Source: Octopus vulgaris (taxonomy: Eukaryota). Taken from it: a DNA stretch of 64,000 nucleotides. A model generated the notes under the pieces. That model did no database searches, was not told where the DNA came from, and saw nothing but the letters and a program-made list of their open reading frames with translations. The stretch covers positions 86,614,001 through 86,678,000 of the forward strand of contig OX597819.1 in NCBI GenBank assembly GCA_951406725.2. The letters run 5' to 3'. Positions 1 to 13,782 of this stretch are shown here, piece after piece. Position 1 is the stretch's first letter; each line of letters starts with the position of its first letter. The translations under genes were made by a program, and so were the position numbers.

Positions 1-408
1 ACCCATTGGCTCTTTTCTTAAGTTCCATATTTTCATTATAGGTGGTATGAAATTTTGAAACAGGTCAACACCAGAAAATATCCAATAAACCCAGAGGATA
101 TTCAAAGACAGACATATGTACAAGAAAGTTTTTCGGAGATAATTCATGGAAATGAAATAAAAATTTTGCTTTTAGGAGTATTCTGAAATAAGAACAATCA
201 GAAGCATTACTACCACCACACATCATCATTGCTTTAGGCAAGAAATGATAGGTATAATTACAGAGACCGAAACATATAGTTACTTACACTAGTGGAATCT
301 GAATTTGTCAAATTAGAGGGTTGACAATCTGCTTCCCATTTTCCCATTTTCTACTATATTTTCTACTAATAATTCTACAATTTATATTAAAATTTCTTGG
401 TTAAAAAG

Positions 409-1768
409 TACTAAAAATCCATGATATTGATGCGCTTGTTTTGAGAAGACAAAAATAAACTTTAGGGAGTGTATAAATTACATGAGTTTCCAGAATTTAT
501 TTAGAAATTTTTTTTGGTTAAAAACTGGCGTACAAATGTAAACATTTGAACTGGAAGTTGACTCATTTAATGTCAGAATAAGTTTTTACAGAAAAAATAT
601 AATGAAGTTGACTTTTATTTATGCTGGACAGCATAATGCTTAATTTTTCTGTATCAAATTTACTAAAACCATTAAATAGTGAACTACTTTTCGGAGTCTG
701 ACAATCATGCTGGTAATCACGGTCTGGGCCATATTTTACTGCATCTAACACCAACAACAGCATAATAATTCATCCTTGCACATGTAAACTCACTAAGTAA
801 ATATGACTAAGCATTCCTACAGAAACCTTCATTTATCTTATACAATGCTTCACATTCATGTTGAATTATGCAGCAATCTTTTGTTCTCTTCATAGAACAC
901 TTGTAATGTATGTATTACCATTTCTTTTGGTATAGTAGATTTTTGCAATTGCTTATGTCTCCTCACAGACGTGTATATTCTAACAAGTTGCTTCTTAAAT
1001 TTCACACCTCTCATGCTCAATAAACAGTGAGTTAAACTTGCAAAGCTGTTAATTTTCTCTTTTCAATTTTTAATATTTATGTTAGCTGGTTACCAAACTA
1101 TCAGTTTGGTCTCCCAGCTGAAACGGTAACAACAAAATTTTAACATTTGCTTGACATTTTGTAAATATGAAAGAGATTAAAATTTTGATACTACATATCA
1201 AAGGTTCCAACAAGAATAGACGGAAAATTAGAGATTGAGACAAGAAGATACTTTTGATCAATCAGATTTCTGCTTACATAATCAGTTTGATCGGTTACCT
1301 TCTTCTATCAGTTGAGTAAAGTGTCATCCCAGCTGCAACACCGGTGTGTATTTATCAACTTTGTTTTTGTCGATAAGAATTATCAATAACTGTTCCTGTG
1401 GTCGTGATTTGAGAAGACATACAGAAGTATGCTAAAGATCGGACGCAATCTCTTGTGGGCAGGAAATGTAAAATAAAGTTTATGATAAACAACACAAACA
1501 CTTTGTAATTTAATAGCTTTCAATGTGATACCTGTTAAACAGAAATTATTTTTATTTAATGAAAATTTAATAAAATTTAATCATAAGCAAGTGAAATTAT
1601 ACTAAATATAGCTAAACTGAAAACCTTTTCCCCCTGGCCATATTGACAAGTCTGAAAACTTTGGGGTGTGAATTCTACATGAGTAGAAGCTTTTTTTTAA
1701 CAATTTTTATCCAGAAAATCACCTGTGTAAATTACACAGGTGCACAAATTACATGGGCTTTTATGGTA
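409..1768 (-). mobile_element. Decayed pogo-like DNA transposon remnant
   Basis: Imperfect inverted ends (TACTAAAAATCCATG / CATGGGCTTTTATGGTA). A broken minus-strand frame at about 830-1015 resembles a pogo N-terminal HTH. Confidence 0.35.
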
Positions 1769-2102
1769 TATTACTACTACTGACAGAATTGTTAGCATGT
1801 CATAGAAAATATTTAGCAGAATTTCTTCTAGCTACTTACATTCTGATTTCGAATTACGCCAAGGTCAACTTTGTCTTTCATCCTTTGGAGGACAATGAAA
1901 TAAGTACTAATTGAACATAAGGATTGATGTAGTCAACTCACCTCATCCCCCAGAATTGCTGGCCTTGTGCCAAAACTTGAAACAGTTATCATTGCTATTA
2001 GTATTAAACAGGTCACAATAATAATTACAAAACCAGAAGGGAAGTATAAATATATACATACATATATGTGTATATATATGTATATATGTTAAAGATAATA
2101 TA

Positions 2103-3144
2103 AGAGGTGGTATCAAACAGTTCCCGGACTAGTTCTGTAGTATGCTAGCAGATGGCAGCACACGGTTGCATGCACAGTGAGAGCTAGCAGTGACCTTCAT
2201 GAGGCAGTGTGCTGAGTGACATCGCTGTGTTTACAAGTTGTGAAATTTGTGCTTTTGTGATCATGTGTATACCGTAGTCTGTGATTTTGTCATGGACAGG
2301 AAGTTGGTACAAAGAGCCAACATGAAATTTTGCATTAAACTTAAAAAATCTGGTTTAAAGACATTGTGAATATTTTAGCAAGCTTATGGTGACAAGGCAA
2401 TGGGTTGTACACAATGTTTCAAGGGACACAGGCATTTGAAAAGCAGAAGACCATCCCTAGAAGACAAGGAGTGATCTGAAAGACCTGGAAATACGGAGAA
2501 AATTAATCAGCTTGTGCATGGGGATCATTGGAGGACAATCAATGACATCACCGATGTTGTTTGTCTGTCATATGGGTCCATGCAAGCAATCCTAACATCT
2601 GAAATGAACAAGTGGCATGTTTCTGCCAAGTTTGTCCCCCACTTGCTGACCACTGAGCAGAAAGAACATTGTGTCAGGGTCTGTGAAGATCTCCATCAGC
2701 GTGCCACTGAGGACAGTGAAAGTGACTGGATCTTTGGAGGCATGATGAATTGAATTCTTCACAACGACAATGCACCCTGGCACTGAGCTCTCCCCACTCA
2801 TGAGTTTCTCACCAAAAACAACATGGTATCGCTTCTGCACCTGCCCTATTTACCAGATTTAGCCCCTGTGAGCTTCCTCTCTTCCCTAAGATGAAAATGC
2901 AGCTCAAGGGTCACAGTTTTAGTACTGTTGTTGAGATCCAGAGTGAATCACAGAAGATCCTTGACTTGCTAATGGAAAATGTCTTCCAGGCCAGATTCCA
3001 AAAATGGCAGCAACACTGGGACCGGTGTACTGTTGTGCAAGGTGACTATTTTGAAGGATATGATGTTAAAACTTGGGTAAGTAGGTCATTTTTTTTTTTT
3101 ATTATTAAACGCAAGTAGTCCGGGAACTTTTTGATACCACCTCA
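2103..3144 (+). mobile_element. Mariner transposon, internally deleted
   Basis: TIRs GAGGTGGTATCAAACAGTTCCCGGACT / AGTCCGGGAACTTTTTGATACCACCTC with TA on both sides. Fragments include KFVPHLLT (WVPHEL-like), HNDNAPWH and PYLPDLAP. Confidence 0.92.
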
Positions 3145-5993
3145 TATTAAAACAGGTTAAAAATTATTACCAAAAATAAATACAAATTAATATAAATAAG
3201 GAAAAACCACCAATAGAGGAGTGAGAGACCACCAACTAAGTAGGCCAGGCACCCTACAACTCACCTCATCCCCCAGAATTGCTAGCCTTGTGCCAAAATT
3301 TGAAACAATTATCATTATTATTAGTATTAAACAGGTCACAAAAATAATTACAAAACCAGGAGGGAAGTATAAATATGTACATCCATATATGTATGTATAT
3401 ATGTTAATGATAATATAAGAGGTGGTATGAAACAGTTCCCAGGTGAGGAGGGAGAGGAATAGTCACTTAGACCAACTGTAGTACTTGACTGTTATATTAT
3501 TTTAGCAACAAACATGGAAGGATGAAAGGTAGAAATTAACTTTGGTAGTATTTGAACTCAAAAAAAAAAAATGATAATAATAAGGAAAGAGCTGAAATAA
3601 ACACCACAAAACATTTTGTCCGATGTTCAAATGACTTTGTTAAGTCTCTGTATAAAGGTTGAGAAAAGAGCATCAGATTAAGATATAATATCAAACTGAA
3701 TAATAACAGACATTACTACATCATTGCCCAGAAGACTATTCATTAACAGTGACAAAATATCAACAAAGGAAAACAAACAAACAAGTAAACAAACCAAAAG
3801 TAGTGGAAAAATACCCATTTGAATAATACATCAACTTATTATTTTAGATTTATATAATTTTGTCTAATACAAATAATGTACTTTTAAAGGTTGTACTAAT
3901 TGTTGATTAGCTACCAGATGTAAACACTCTAATGAAGATCCTGACAAATCAATACTAGACAATGTCGACCTGAAATAAAGTATGACAATACAATACAAGC
4001 AAATACTGCTTCATTTCACTTGCGAAAGAAGAATGCAAATTTTGATTTGTAAAATGTGTGAAAATTTCAGAAAACAAAAGTAATAACTGATGACAGTAAA
4101 AAAAAGATGACATTCTAAATAAAAAAAATAGCCTTTACTCTTCAAATTCAACAAATAAATATGAATAAATATAAGAAAATGATGCTATATCCATACAAGT
4201 TAATCTACAGGTATATTGTACCTTCTAAATAAGATGACCAGAGCTTACACTTATAATCCTTTGTACTATAGAGACAAGACCTGAAATTTTGGGGCAGGGA
4301 TCTAGTTTAATTATATCACACACACATACACATACTCACACACACAACAGGCTTCCGCACAGTTTCTGTCAACTAAATTCATTTACAATGCATTAGTCAG
4401 GCCAGGGCAAGAGTAGAAGAAATTTGCCCAAGGTACTACACAGTGGAACTGAACCTGAAATCACAAGCATCTTAACCTCACAGCTACATCTGTGTGCATA
4501 AAAAAAAACAACTTGAAGATAGCATAAACGCAACACAAAAGACATAAGAAAGCAGAACAAAATATAAAAGAAATATAACAAAGCACAATAAAGTTAAAAC
4601 CTAAAACATTCCTAAAATAGCAACAAAAACATTAAATCAGAATTACAGAATTACACCAATGGAAAATATGAAAAAAAGAAAACTTGATGAAGATCTAAGA
4701 GTAGAACAATCTAAAGGTGGTAAGTTTGAATGTAAGAATAAGATAACGACTGAAATAGTTATAGAATCCAAATCGATAAATCTTTCAAAAGATGAGCAAA
4801 ACAGCCACCAAAGATAAACCTTAATGATAAAGTATAAACAATAATAATAAGATAGGCAAAATGAACCATCACAGACATAGTGAAAACAGATGTGAACATC
4901 AAATACCACCTGAGTAAATCAAGTAATCCATTCAGTATCTGCAGATGTCAGAAACAAGGGTGGATACTTCCTCAAAATTTCTCGTAGAAGAATATCTAAA
5001 CCCAAGTAAATAATGTGCAAAGCAAATGCATAATCAAAACAAGTGATCCACATAAACAAATATAAAAAAGAATGGCTGCAAAAAAAAAAAAGGAACAAAG
5101 TGTGATGACATCTCTAGGAACAAAACAAACAGTTTGACTCCAAACTGAATCGATTTTACCAAGACGTAGGTAAAAATAAACAGAAATAAATGCAGTGCCA
5201 ACAGCAAGAGTATTAGAAGGTTTTAGGGGAAGAATTTGAACAAGATATATTCGCAAGGGTGAGAATGTTAAAAACAGCAAAAATTCAATAGCAGAATAAT
5301 TGTACAAAGAAATAACGAACTGGAAAGTAGTCCAGATAACAGTGAACAACTAGAGAGCAGATGGAAATGACAAACTTCTGGTTAAAATATCTAATAAGCA
5401 TTCACAAAATACTTGCAAAAATATACACTTATCTACAGAAAAAACCCCAGAAGCATCTCTAGAATGCTTTACTAAGAAAACAAAAAAGAAAAAAAGAAAA
5501 TCTTAATCCTTAAAAGTTGATGACACGACTTAACTATCACCAAAACAAAGAATAATTACAGGCTATAATTTATTCAATAAGAGCCTCAATATTGTAAGAG
5601 ATAAATGCTCACATGAGGGAGAATACTTTGAAAATGAAAGAAACGTTGCAAAGGTTCATACTAATGTAAAGATCAGTTATTAATCAATAAAGTTTTATAA
5701 TTGAAGAAATGTGGGTCTGAGCATGGATTAATTAACATTTTGTTTATGATATTTTCCCCACTTGTATTCTAGAACTGTAGTCCTGAATAAGGATGATTAA
5801 CAAGCAGGTATATCAAAAAGATAACATGAGTAAATGGAAAACAAATTTACCAATTTGAAGAGGGAGAGAGAGCTGTAACAATAAAACTGATTCTTAACAG
5901 AAGAGAAATATTCTCAAGGAGCTCCCCATCTCTATCTCCATGCTTTTCCTGTATCGACTTCAATATTATAATACTGTTCAAAGAAAAACAATA

Positions 5994-6390
5994 GGCGCAG
6001 GAGTGGCTGTGTGGTAAGTAGCTTGTTTACCAACCACATGGTTCCGGGTTCAGTCCCACTGCGTGGCACCTTGGGCAAGTGTCTTCTACTATAGCCTCGG
6101 GCCGACCAAAGCCTTGTGAGTGGATTTGGTAGACGGAAACTGAAAGAAGCCCGTCGTATATATGTATATATATATGCGTGTGTGTTTGTGTGTCTGTGTT
6201 TGTCCCCCTAGCATTGCTTGACAACCGATGCTGGTGTGTTTATGTCCCCGTTACTTAGTGGTTCGGCAAAAGAGACCGATAGAATAAGTACTGGGCTTAC
6301 AAAAGAATAAGTCCCGGGGTCAAGTTGCTTGATTAAAGGCGGTGCTCCAGCATGGCCGCAGTCAAATGACTGAAACAAGTAAAAGAGTAA
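5994..6390 (+). mobile_element. tRNA-derived SINE family A, full length
   Basis: Pol III A/B-box head (TGGCTGTGTGGTAAG...GGTTCAGTCCC), internal (TA/TG)n and AAGTAAAAGAGTAA tail. More than 15 near-identical copies in the window. Confidence 0.9.
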
Positions 6391-9189
6391 TTCAAGGAAA
6401 TTAGTAATAGTCTGTACTGGACAATAAGTAGTTCTAATTTATTAATTTTGCAAGCTTTTTTATCTAATAAGAAATAAAGAGAAAATAATTAGAAATAGTT
6501 ACAAAATGTTTTTACAACTTTTATGAAATCTAAAAAAATAGAAAAAGACAGGCTGGGGTGGTAAACAGTTGTAAGGAGGATAGAAAAATAATTAGAGAAT
6601 CTATTTAAGAAAAAAAACCAAAGCCAAAATTTAAAACAGGACTGCAAAATGTGATGCTATGGCATAGCCAAGAAAATTCTCTACATGGCCAATAGATTAG
6701 GCAGAGTGGAAGTGGTTAATGAAAAAGCACAGCATTAGCTGAAATGCACAGGACTCAATGCCAAGTCCAAATTTTTTATAGAGACACAAGACAAAAGTCT
6801 TTCCAACAAAAAACATTAAAAAAAACTGTATTATGAAGCAAAATACAAAAATAGGCAGTTAAGTCATTTGCTGATTACCTAATTACAGACTGATTTTTTT
6901 AAAGTTTTCACACAACACAGTGAACAACTTTATCTGTACATAATAATTTGCAAAACTTTATATGTCTCAAAATTGATTGTTGCCAATAAAAGTTACATGT
7001 TAATCTGTAAGAAACAAAAAAAATCAAAGATTTTCTATTATTTCTGATTGTCCATATTTTTTATTTAAGTCAAACATGTAGCATTGGCAGAGAAGTACAA
7101 TAACCTCGTTAAAGCAATTGATCAATTACAAATATAGCATGTGGTTGAAAACCAGGATGCCATCATGTGCAGATATGCACACAGGGAAAGCAGTCCAAAT
7201 TTCATCAACTTTCTGTATAATGCATGTCATGCCTTCGGCAATTTTTTTTTCTTCATTTAATAATGATAGTTGTTGATTCTGTAGCAAAGTAGCTGAAATT
7301 CAATTGCAAATAGTGAATTATCATCAAAACTGAGACAAATATTCATCAGAATATTCACCATTCCAGTGCAATAAGTGCTAGTGATGATGGTGGCAACAGT
7401 TGAGCCAGTGTCAGAGGTAGCTGTGGGGGAAATAATAATAAAGGCATTGTTTATATTTCCCTTGGTCCTTGCAGCTATTTTCACTAAACTTTGCTAAAAG
7501 ACTGAAGACCACAAGAGCACAAAGTATAGAAGTAGTTGTTGCAACATGATCATGGCTATTTATGTCTACAAAAACTTTCTTTCCAATGAGTGACGACTTG
7601 TGGGTTTGCCTTAAACAGAGTACTTTGTTCAGTAGCAAAAGTTAGCGGTAACAGGATGAAACAGTAAATATACACAATATATAAACAAAAGAATCAACTT
7701 TGCAAATAGTTTCCTATTAGCCTCCACTGTTACTCTCCTCCTTTTAACCTTTGTAACTGTCTTCTTTCTCATCACTACAAATAATGACAGATTCCAACAC
7801 TTAATCAAATTAAATAAGCCACTGCTTTCATGTTACAGTCTTCTTTTACAAAAGGATGTAAATCAGATGACACCAACTTCTCCCAGAAAGTTTTGTTTCA
7901 CTTTATGAGAAGCAACAAATGAAGAGTCATTACCTCAGACTTCACCAGGGTGATGATTCTTTTGATGTGATGTCTTGTGGGGGATGAATCTTCACAAAGC
8001 AACACTGGGAAGGGCGGGTAATTTTTCAGGTGTAATGGGGGCAAGATTGGGTTCAGAACGCACTCACATTTCACTGATACATCATCACAATAATCCCCAC
8101 CCAACAACAACACTAAAACCACTACCATCACCACTTTCACAACTAATGCCACTTTGCAAGAGAACAATAATTATTCAGGTGAGGTGTCCTGAGGGGATGA
8201 ATCTTGAGGTAGCAACACCTGAGGTGGTAATTTTACAGGTAGAGTCAGATCAAGATCAGAATACTGCCACAACCACTTACAACAAAAACAAAACCAAGAT
8301 CACAACCATCAACAATGCTATATTACATTCACCACAGCCACCACCGTCAGTAACATCATAACCACTACAACCACTGATACAACCACTATCAAGAGAACCT
8401 CTACAAAGTTGTTCAGTCAGTTAGAAATAGCAGTTAAATTCCCTTCAACTCACACCCTAACATCTTAAATATGGATATATTGGAATGTAGATCTATGATT
8501 GAAATAGAGAAAAGCAAGATGACCATGGCAAGAATTTCCTTGACCACAGGACAGCTCAACCTGGAGTTGTTTAATCTGGGGTTGAAGTATTACATAAACG
8601 TGTGTTACGTAGATATAATATTTTGTAATAAAATCTATATAATTATTCTAGCTTCAGTCAGTTTTGAAACATAATACATCTGTTCTTTAAACTTTCACAA
8701 TAAAGACACGTAACACAAAGAAATAATTTGTTATTCTAATTATACAAATTATATTTCTTGTGGGCTGGGATAACAAATCTTCAAGTGGCTATGCTGCAAC
8801 AAGTGACTGTACATCACGTAAAGTTTAATTTCTAACTTTGTCACAATCTTATTGATAATTCTACATTCTTTGCAATCAGATTTCAGCCACTTTATTGCAA
8901 AACTGACAGCTGTCATTATTAAATACAGTAAAATAGTTCTTTTTTTGCCAAAGGAAGAGCATATATTGTGCAAAAATTTTGAGACAAAAATGTCAGACAG
9001 CTTTCTCCAAGTGTTATTGGCTAGCAACCTCTTGGCATTCAACTACATAATATGCTAACCATGATTGGTCAATTGTGCCAGTGTCATTGTACTCCTATGA
9101 TAATGCTACTGAACAGCTAAATATGACTTTTATAAAAATGTAGACAGTAGAAAATAATGGAAGGTTCTTTTAGAGATTCATGCACTGCT

Positions 9190-9522
9190 TTTGTGCCGGT
9201 GGCACATAAAAAGCACCATCCGAACGTGGCCAATGCCAGCGCCGCCCTGGCTGGCTTCCGTGCTGGTGGCACGTTAAAAGCACCAACCGATCGTGGCCGA
9301 TGCCAGACCCCCCCCCCCCGGCACCTGTGCAGGCGGCACGTAAAAAGCACCCACTACACTTGCGGAGTGGTTGGCGTTAGGAAGGGCATCCAGCTGTAGA
9401 AACACTGCCAGATCAGACTGGAGCCTGGTGCAGCCCTGGCTTCCCAGACTCCGGTTGAACCGTCCAACCCGTGCTAGCGCGGAAAACGGACGTTAAACGA
9501 TGATGATGATGATGATGATGAT
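9190..9522 (+). mobile_element. Repeat family C (SINE or RTE-LINE 3' end with (GAT)n tail)
   Basis: AAAAAGCACCCACTACACT...GGAAGGGCATCCAGCTGTAG...GGACGTTAAACGATGATGATG. About 15 copies in the window. Confidence 0.85.
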
Positions 9523-9553
9523 ACATATATATATATATTTACACACACATATA

Positions 9554-12150
9554 CAGGGATACCTTGGCTTAATTGTTTCGACTTAGGTCATTTTGACTTA
9601 AGTTGATCTTGAAGATACATTGGACTTCAAAAATAATATATGGTAAAATATAAATCAAGTTAAGTTGTTTTACTCGACTTTATGTCAGTCCGCCAGTAAT
9701 ATCGGAATCATAAAAACCCTAAAAAACATTATAAGGACATAAGATCATATTACAATAAAGAAGAATAAAAGAGTATAAAATCATATTAAAATACAGTAAA
9801 TGCTAAAACAAACACCAATGTAGTGTAGCCTAGTTCCCTAAATCATGAAATCAGCTGTGTTGCTTTATTTATCTATCTTTCAGTGCTCATATTGCACTGG
9901 TAGTTCCAATATCTTCTGTTAGGCATGGGCATGATTCTAGTGATTGTTTTGAATTCAGGTTTGTTTATATCTGTTTATCATTTAGATTCTATCATTTACA
10001 TTAATTTGTAACTTTGATTTTCGTCCCCATGCTGCCTAAAAAAAGTCCTGGTGAAAGTGCCAAGTGTCGTGCTATAACGTTGGAGGATAAGTTGGCAATG
10101 ATAAAATGTCATGATAAAGGTGAGTAAGTTGTAGTGATTACACGATCTTTTGGGGTGAGTTGGACAACTGTATCGATGATTGTGCATAATACGGACAAGA
10201 TTTTAACACATATCACACCTGAAGCCCCAGGGATGAAGAACACTGTCATCAACAAGAAAAGAGGAAAATCTTTGAAGAAATGGAAAGTCTTCTATTTAGA
10301 TTGAGAGGTAGAATCATCAGAATGTTACTCTTAGTCAAGAAATTGTTCTGGAGAAAGTGTTGTCTTTGTTTGAGGGCTTGAAGGAAAAAATATCTAGGTT
10401 AGAAAGATGTAGAGCTCAAGGAAAGTCAAGAATGGTTTATGAGATTTAAAAACTGGAGAAGTTATCACTTCCTTCAGAAGCAAGATGAAAGTGCATCAGC
10501 TAATGAACACAGAGCAGTGAAATTTCCTGCAATATTGAAGATCATCAAATTAAATGGGTTTCTTACAGAGCAAATATTCAACATAAATGAGACAGGTAAT
10601 ATTGGAAGAAATTGCCATATCATTCATTCATTTCCAAGGAGGAGAAAACAATTCCAGGTTACAAGGTCTCAAAGGAACATGGGACCATAATGTTGGAAGG
10701 TAATTGTGCAGGAGATTTAAAATTAATGCCACTGCCTGTGTATCATGCACACAACCCCCATGTCCTGAAGAACGTACCCTAGGCATCTCAACCTGTCATA
10801 TGGATGGCTAACTCAAATGCATAAGTTACTGTTGTTATCTTTGAAGATTGGTTCTTTAATTATTTTATTCCAGCAGCAGAGAAATATTGTAAGGAGAAGG
10901 GGGTTCCTTTTAAGGTTTCACTTATCTTGAATAATGCTCTTGACCACCCACAAAACATTGTAGCTTTTCAACTCAAAGTTTCCGTCGCATACCTCCCTCC
11001 AAACACCACATTACTTCTACAACCAATGGATCAGGGAATAATTGCTATCTTCAAGTATTACTATATGAAGCATACACTGCGGCAAGCAATACTTGCTACT
11101 GATTTTGATGAGTCTGTCAAACTGTGTGACTTTTGGAAGGGATACGACATCCACAAAGCTGTACAGAACATAGCAGCAGCATGGAATGATGTTCAGAGGA
11201 TGGCTAGGAATGCTGTGTGGAAGAAGCTATGCTTGCAATTTGTGAATGATTTTAAGAGCTTTGATAATGTTGTTATCAAAAAAGTATTCATGACAATGAG
11301 CAAAGAGCTGGAATTGGATTTGGAGGAAATGGATTTCACAGATTTATTTGAAAAAGACAAGCAGCCCCTGACGAATGAGGATTTAATGGAGCTTCATGAG
11401 CAACAAAATAAAGAAGATAAGCAAGTCAAACCTGAACCATGCCACTTCACCATTAAGAAAATGCAGCAAGCATTTGCACATATCGTAAAAGTTCTTGCTA
11501 TGTTCAAATATATGGATCCAAATGCTCAACGGTTTTCCAAGATTATGGGGACTTGTCACAAAGCTTTTGCCCCTTAAAACATAATCTTTGACAAAAAGAA
11601 GACAGCTCAAGGCACTCTTGACCAGATTTTTAAACACCAAACAACAACGAGAACTGCCAGAAACAGCTGATGATGCTGATGTGAATGATCTTTGAACATC
11701 TACATCTACAATGTAAACACCACCAAACTTTACATATTGGTAAATTTAAGATACTTTTTTTTTTACTTTATTACAAAATAATGATTATTTCTTCGCAAGC
11801 TTAAAAAATGTTTTTTATTAACTGTCTTATAGAAAATGCATTCATAAATAAAGTATAGCCCTGGAGAATGGCTATTAGCAATGTAAATATTACCAAATTG
11901 TATGTATTGGTAAATTTAAAATACTTAAGTTTTTTTTTTCTTTTTTACTGTTACAAAATAATAAATACATTTGTTTGTAAACTTAAAATGGGCCTTTATT
12001 GACCATGTCTTTTCGAAAATACATTCACAAATAAAGTACAGCACTGAGGAATGGCTGTTAGCACTTTAGGCTAGGTTAGGCCTAGCCTATAGATGAGCAA
12101 GTCGACTTAAGTTGAGTCTCCAATTAACGACTTAGGGTGAGGTACACTTG
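9554..12150 (+). mobile_element. Tigger/pogo transposon with frameshifted transposase
   Basis: Ends TA|CAGGGATACCT and AGGTACACTTG. CENP-B-type HTH from about 10029 (ITLEDKLAMIKCHDKG), QIFNINETG, and DDE_1 segment LPPNTTLLLQPMDQGIIA in ORF 10927-11577. Confidence 0.92.
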
Positions 12151-12261
12151 TGTGTGTGTGTGTGTGTATGATTAAGTCATAGAATGAAGTTCTACAAATC
12201 TAACCATATTTGTCAAAAATGGAGGAGAAAAGATGTTAAAAAGTTCTATGAAGTTTATTCA

Positions 12262-12336
12262 TGCATACAATCATTTCGCACATAGATATAAATTCATTTT
12301 TCAGAATTTGCAAATATCAAAGTACTCATCAGTGCA
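12262..12336 (-). ncRNA. Type I hammerhead ribozyme motif (CpG-decayed)
   Basis: TGCA CTGATGA GTAC..GTGC GAAA TGATT GTA TGCA. Stems I and II pair. Confidence 0.7.
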
Positions 12337-13151
12337 GAAAAAATAAGAACTGAAAAAAAAAAGACCTGAGAAGTTGGACCTATGTCTATTTGTTGCTATC
12401 CCTGTGTAATAGTGATGAGATTTATGTCAATTATTAAACCACAACTAATGGATGAACGGTTAGGGGATGATAGTATAGAAATATCAATAACGTTCTCTCT
12501 ATAGATTATACATTTAATACCTTTCTCATTAACCTCTCTTTTTCTTTCATTTTTTAACATTCCCTTTTCTCCAACCTCCCAAAAATACTCAATATTACTT
12601 CTTATTTATCTCTCCTACGCTAGTTTTATTTCATTTTCCTTTCACTCTCTCTAATTTATTACCTTATCTCTTCTAAATTTTTTCCTACAACATCTACTAA
12701 ATTGTTTTATTTTACTTTCCTTAACTGTAGACTTTGTAAGTATAATACAACCTTAATCCTCATAATTGCAATCGTATTACTATTTTTCCTAATTTTCTCC
12801 ATTATTATTATTTCATATTGCCGTAAATACACCTTTTGAGTAAACAAGAGTCTTTAATATTCTTCCACTTAATTCTTTCAAAGTCCTTCTTCTTCCCCTA
12901 TATTTATGATCACTGACAACAGAAACTTTCAATTATAAGCTTTACAAACCTAATTTCTTTTTTCATCTTTTTATCATTAAAAAAAATACAGAGTATTGTT
13001 TTCAACAGTTAGATTTAATTTACATTAGGTACCATTTTCTCATAGGACATTTCTCTAACTTGTCCTATGCTTCATATATGGAGTTATAATTAGCCATTCG
13101 AAACTAATCTATAGAGAGAACGTTATTGATATATCTATATTTATATCATCC

Positions 13152-13570
13152 AAGGTAGCGAGCTGGCAGAAACATTAGCATGCCGGGTGAAATGCTTAGC
13201 AGTATTTCATCTGTCTTTACGTTCTGAGTTCAAATTCTCCTGAGGTCAACTTTGTCTTTCATCCTTTCGGGGTCAATAAATTAAGTAACAGTTATGCACT
13301 GGAGTTGATCTCATCGACTTAATCCCTTTGTCTGTCCTTGTTTGTCCCCTCTATGCTTAGCCCCTTGTGGGCAATAAAGAAATAAGAAAGATTAGCATGC
13401 TGGGCAAATTGCTTAGCAGTATTTCATCTGTCTTTACATTCTGAGTTCAAATTCTGCTGAGGTCAACTTTGCCTTTCATCCTTTTGGAGTCGATAAATTA
13501 AGTACCAGTTGTGTACTTGGGCTTGATCTAATTGACTGCCCCACTCTGCCTTGTGGCTAAAGTAGAAAAG
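13152..13570 (+). mobile_element. SINE family B (dimer-like) with a 16-bp TSD
   Basis: GGTAGCGAGCTGGCAGAAAC...TTTCATCCTTTCGGGGTCAATAAATTAAGT, flanked by TATATTTATATCATCC at 13136-13151 and 13571-13586. Other copies near 1780, 18525, 21449, 57785 and 57978. Confidence 0.88.
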
Positions 13571-13708
13571 TATATTTATATCATCCTCTAACAGTTCATC
13601 CATTAGTTGTGGTTTAATAACTGACATGAATCCCGTTACTATTACACAGGGATACCAACAAATAGACACGAAACTCATACGTCTAACTTCTGTGCTCTGT
13701 TATTTTTC

Positions 13709-13782
13709 TGCACTGATGAGTACTTTGATATTTGCAAATTCTGAAAATGAATTTATATTTATGTATGAAAGGATCATATGCA
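13709..13782 (+). ncRNA. Type I hammerhead ribozyme motif, mirror copy (decayed)
   Basis: TGCA CTGATGA GTAC..GTAT GAAA GGATC ATA TGCA. Confidence 0.65.

Noticed and set aside
5994-6070. tRNA-like sequences at SINE heads
   Set aside because: They have A/B boxes but no complete cloverleaf and continue into SINE bodies.
7975-8361. 128-aa Thr/Pro-rich ORF
   Set aside because: Low-complexity (ACC/ACA)n-derived sequence with no recognisable domain.
10927-11577. 216-aa ORF as a domesticated TIGD gene
   Set aside because: Upstream frames are broken by stops and frameshifts and the TIRs are retained, so it is a dead transposon.
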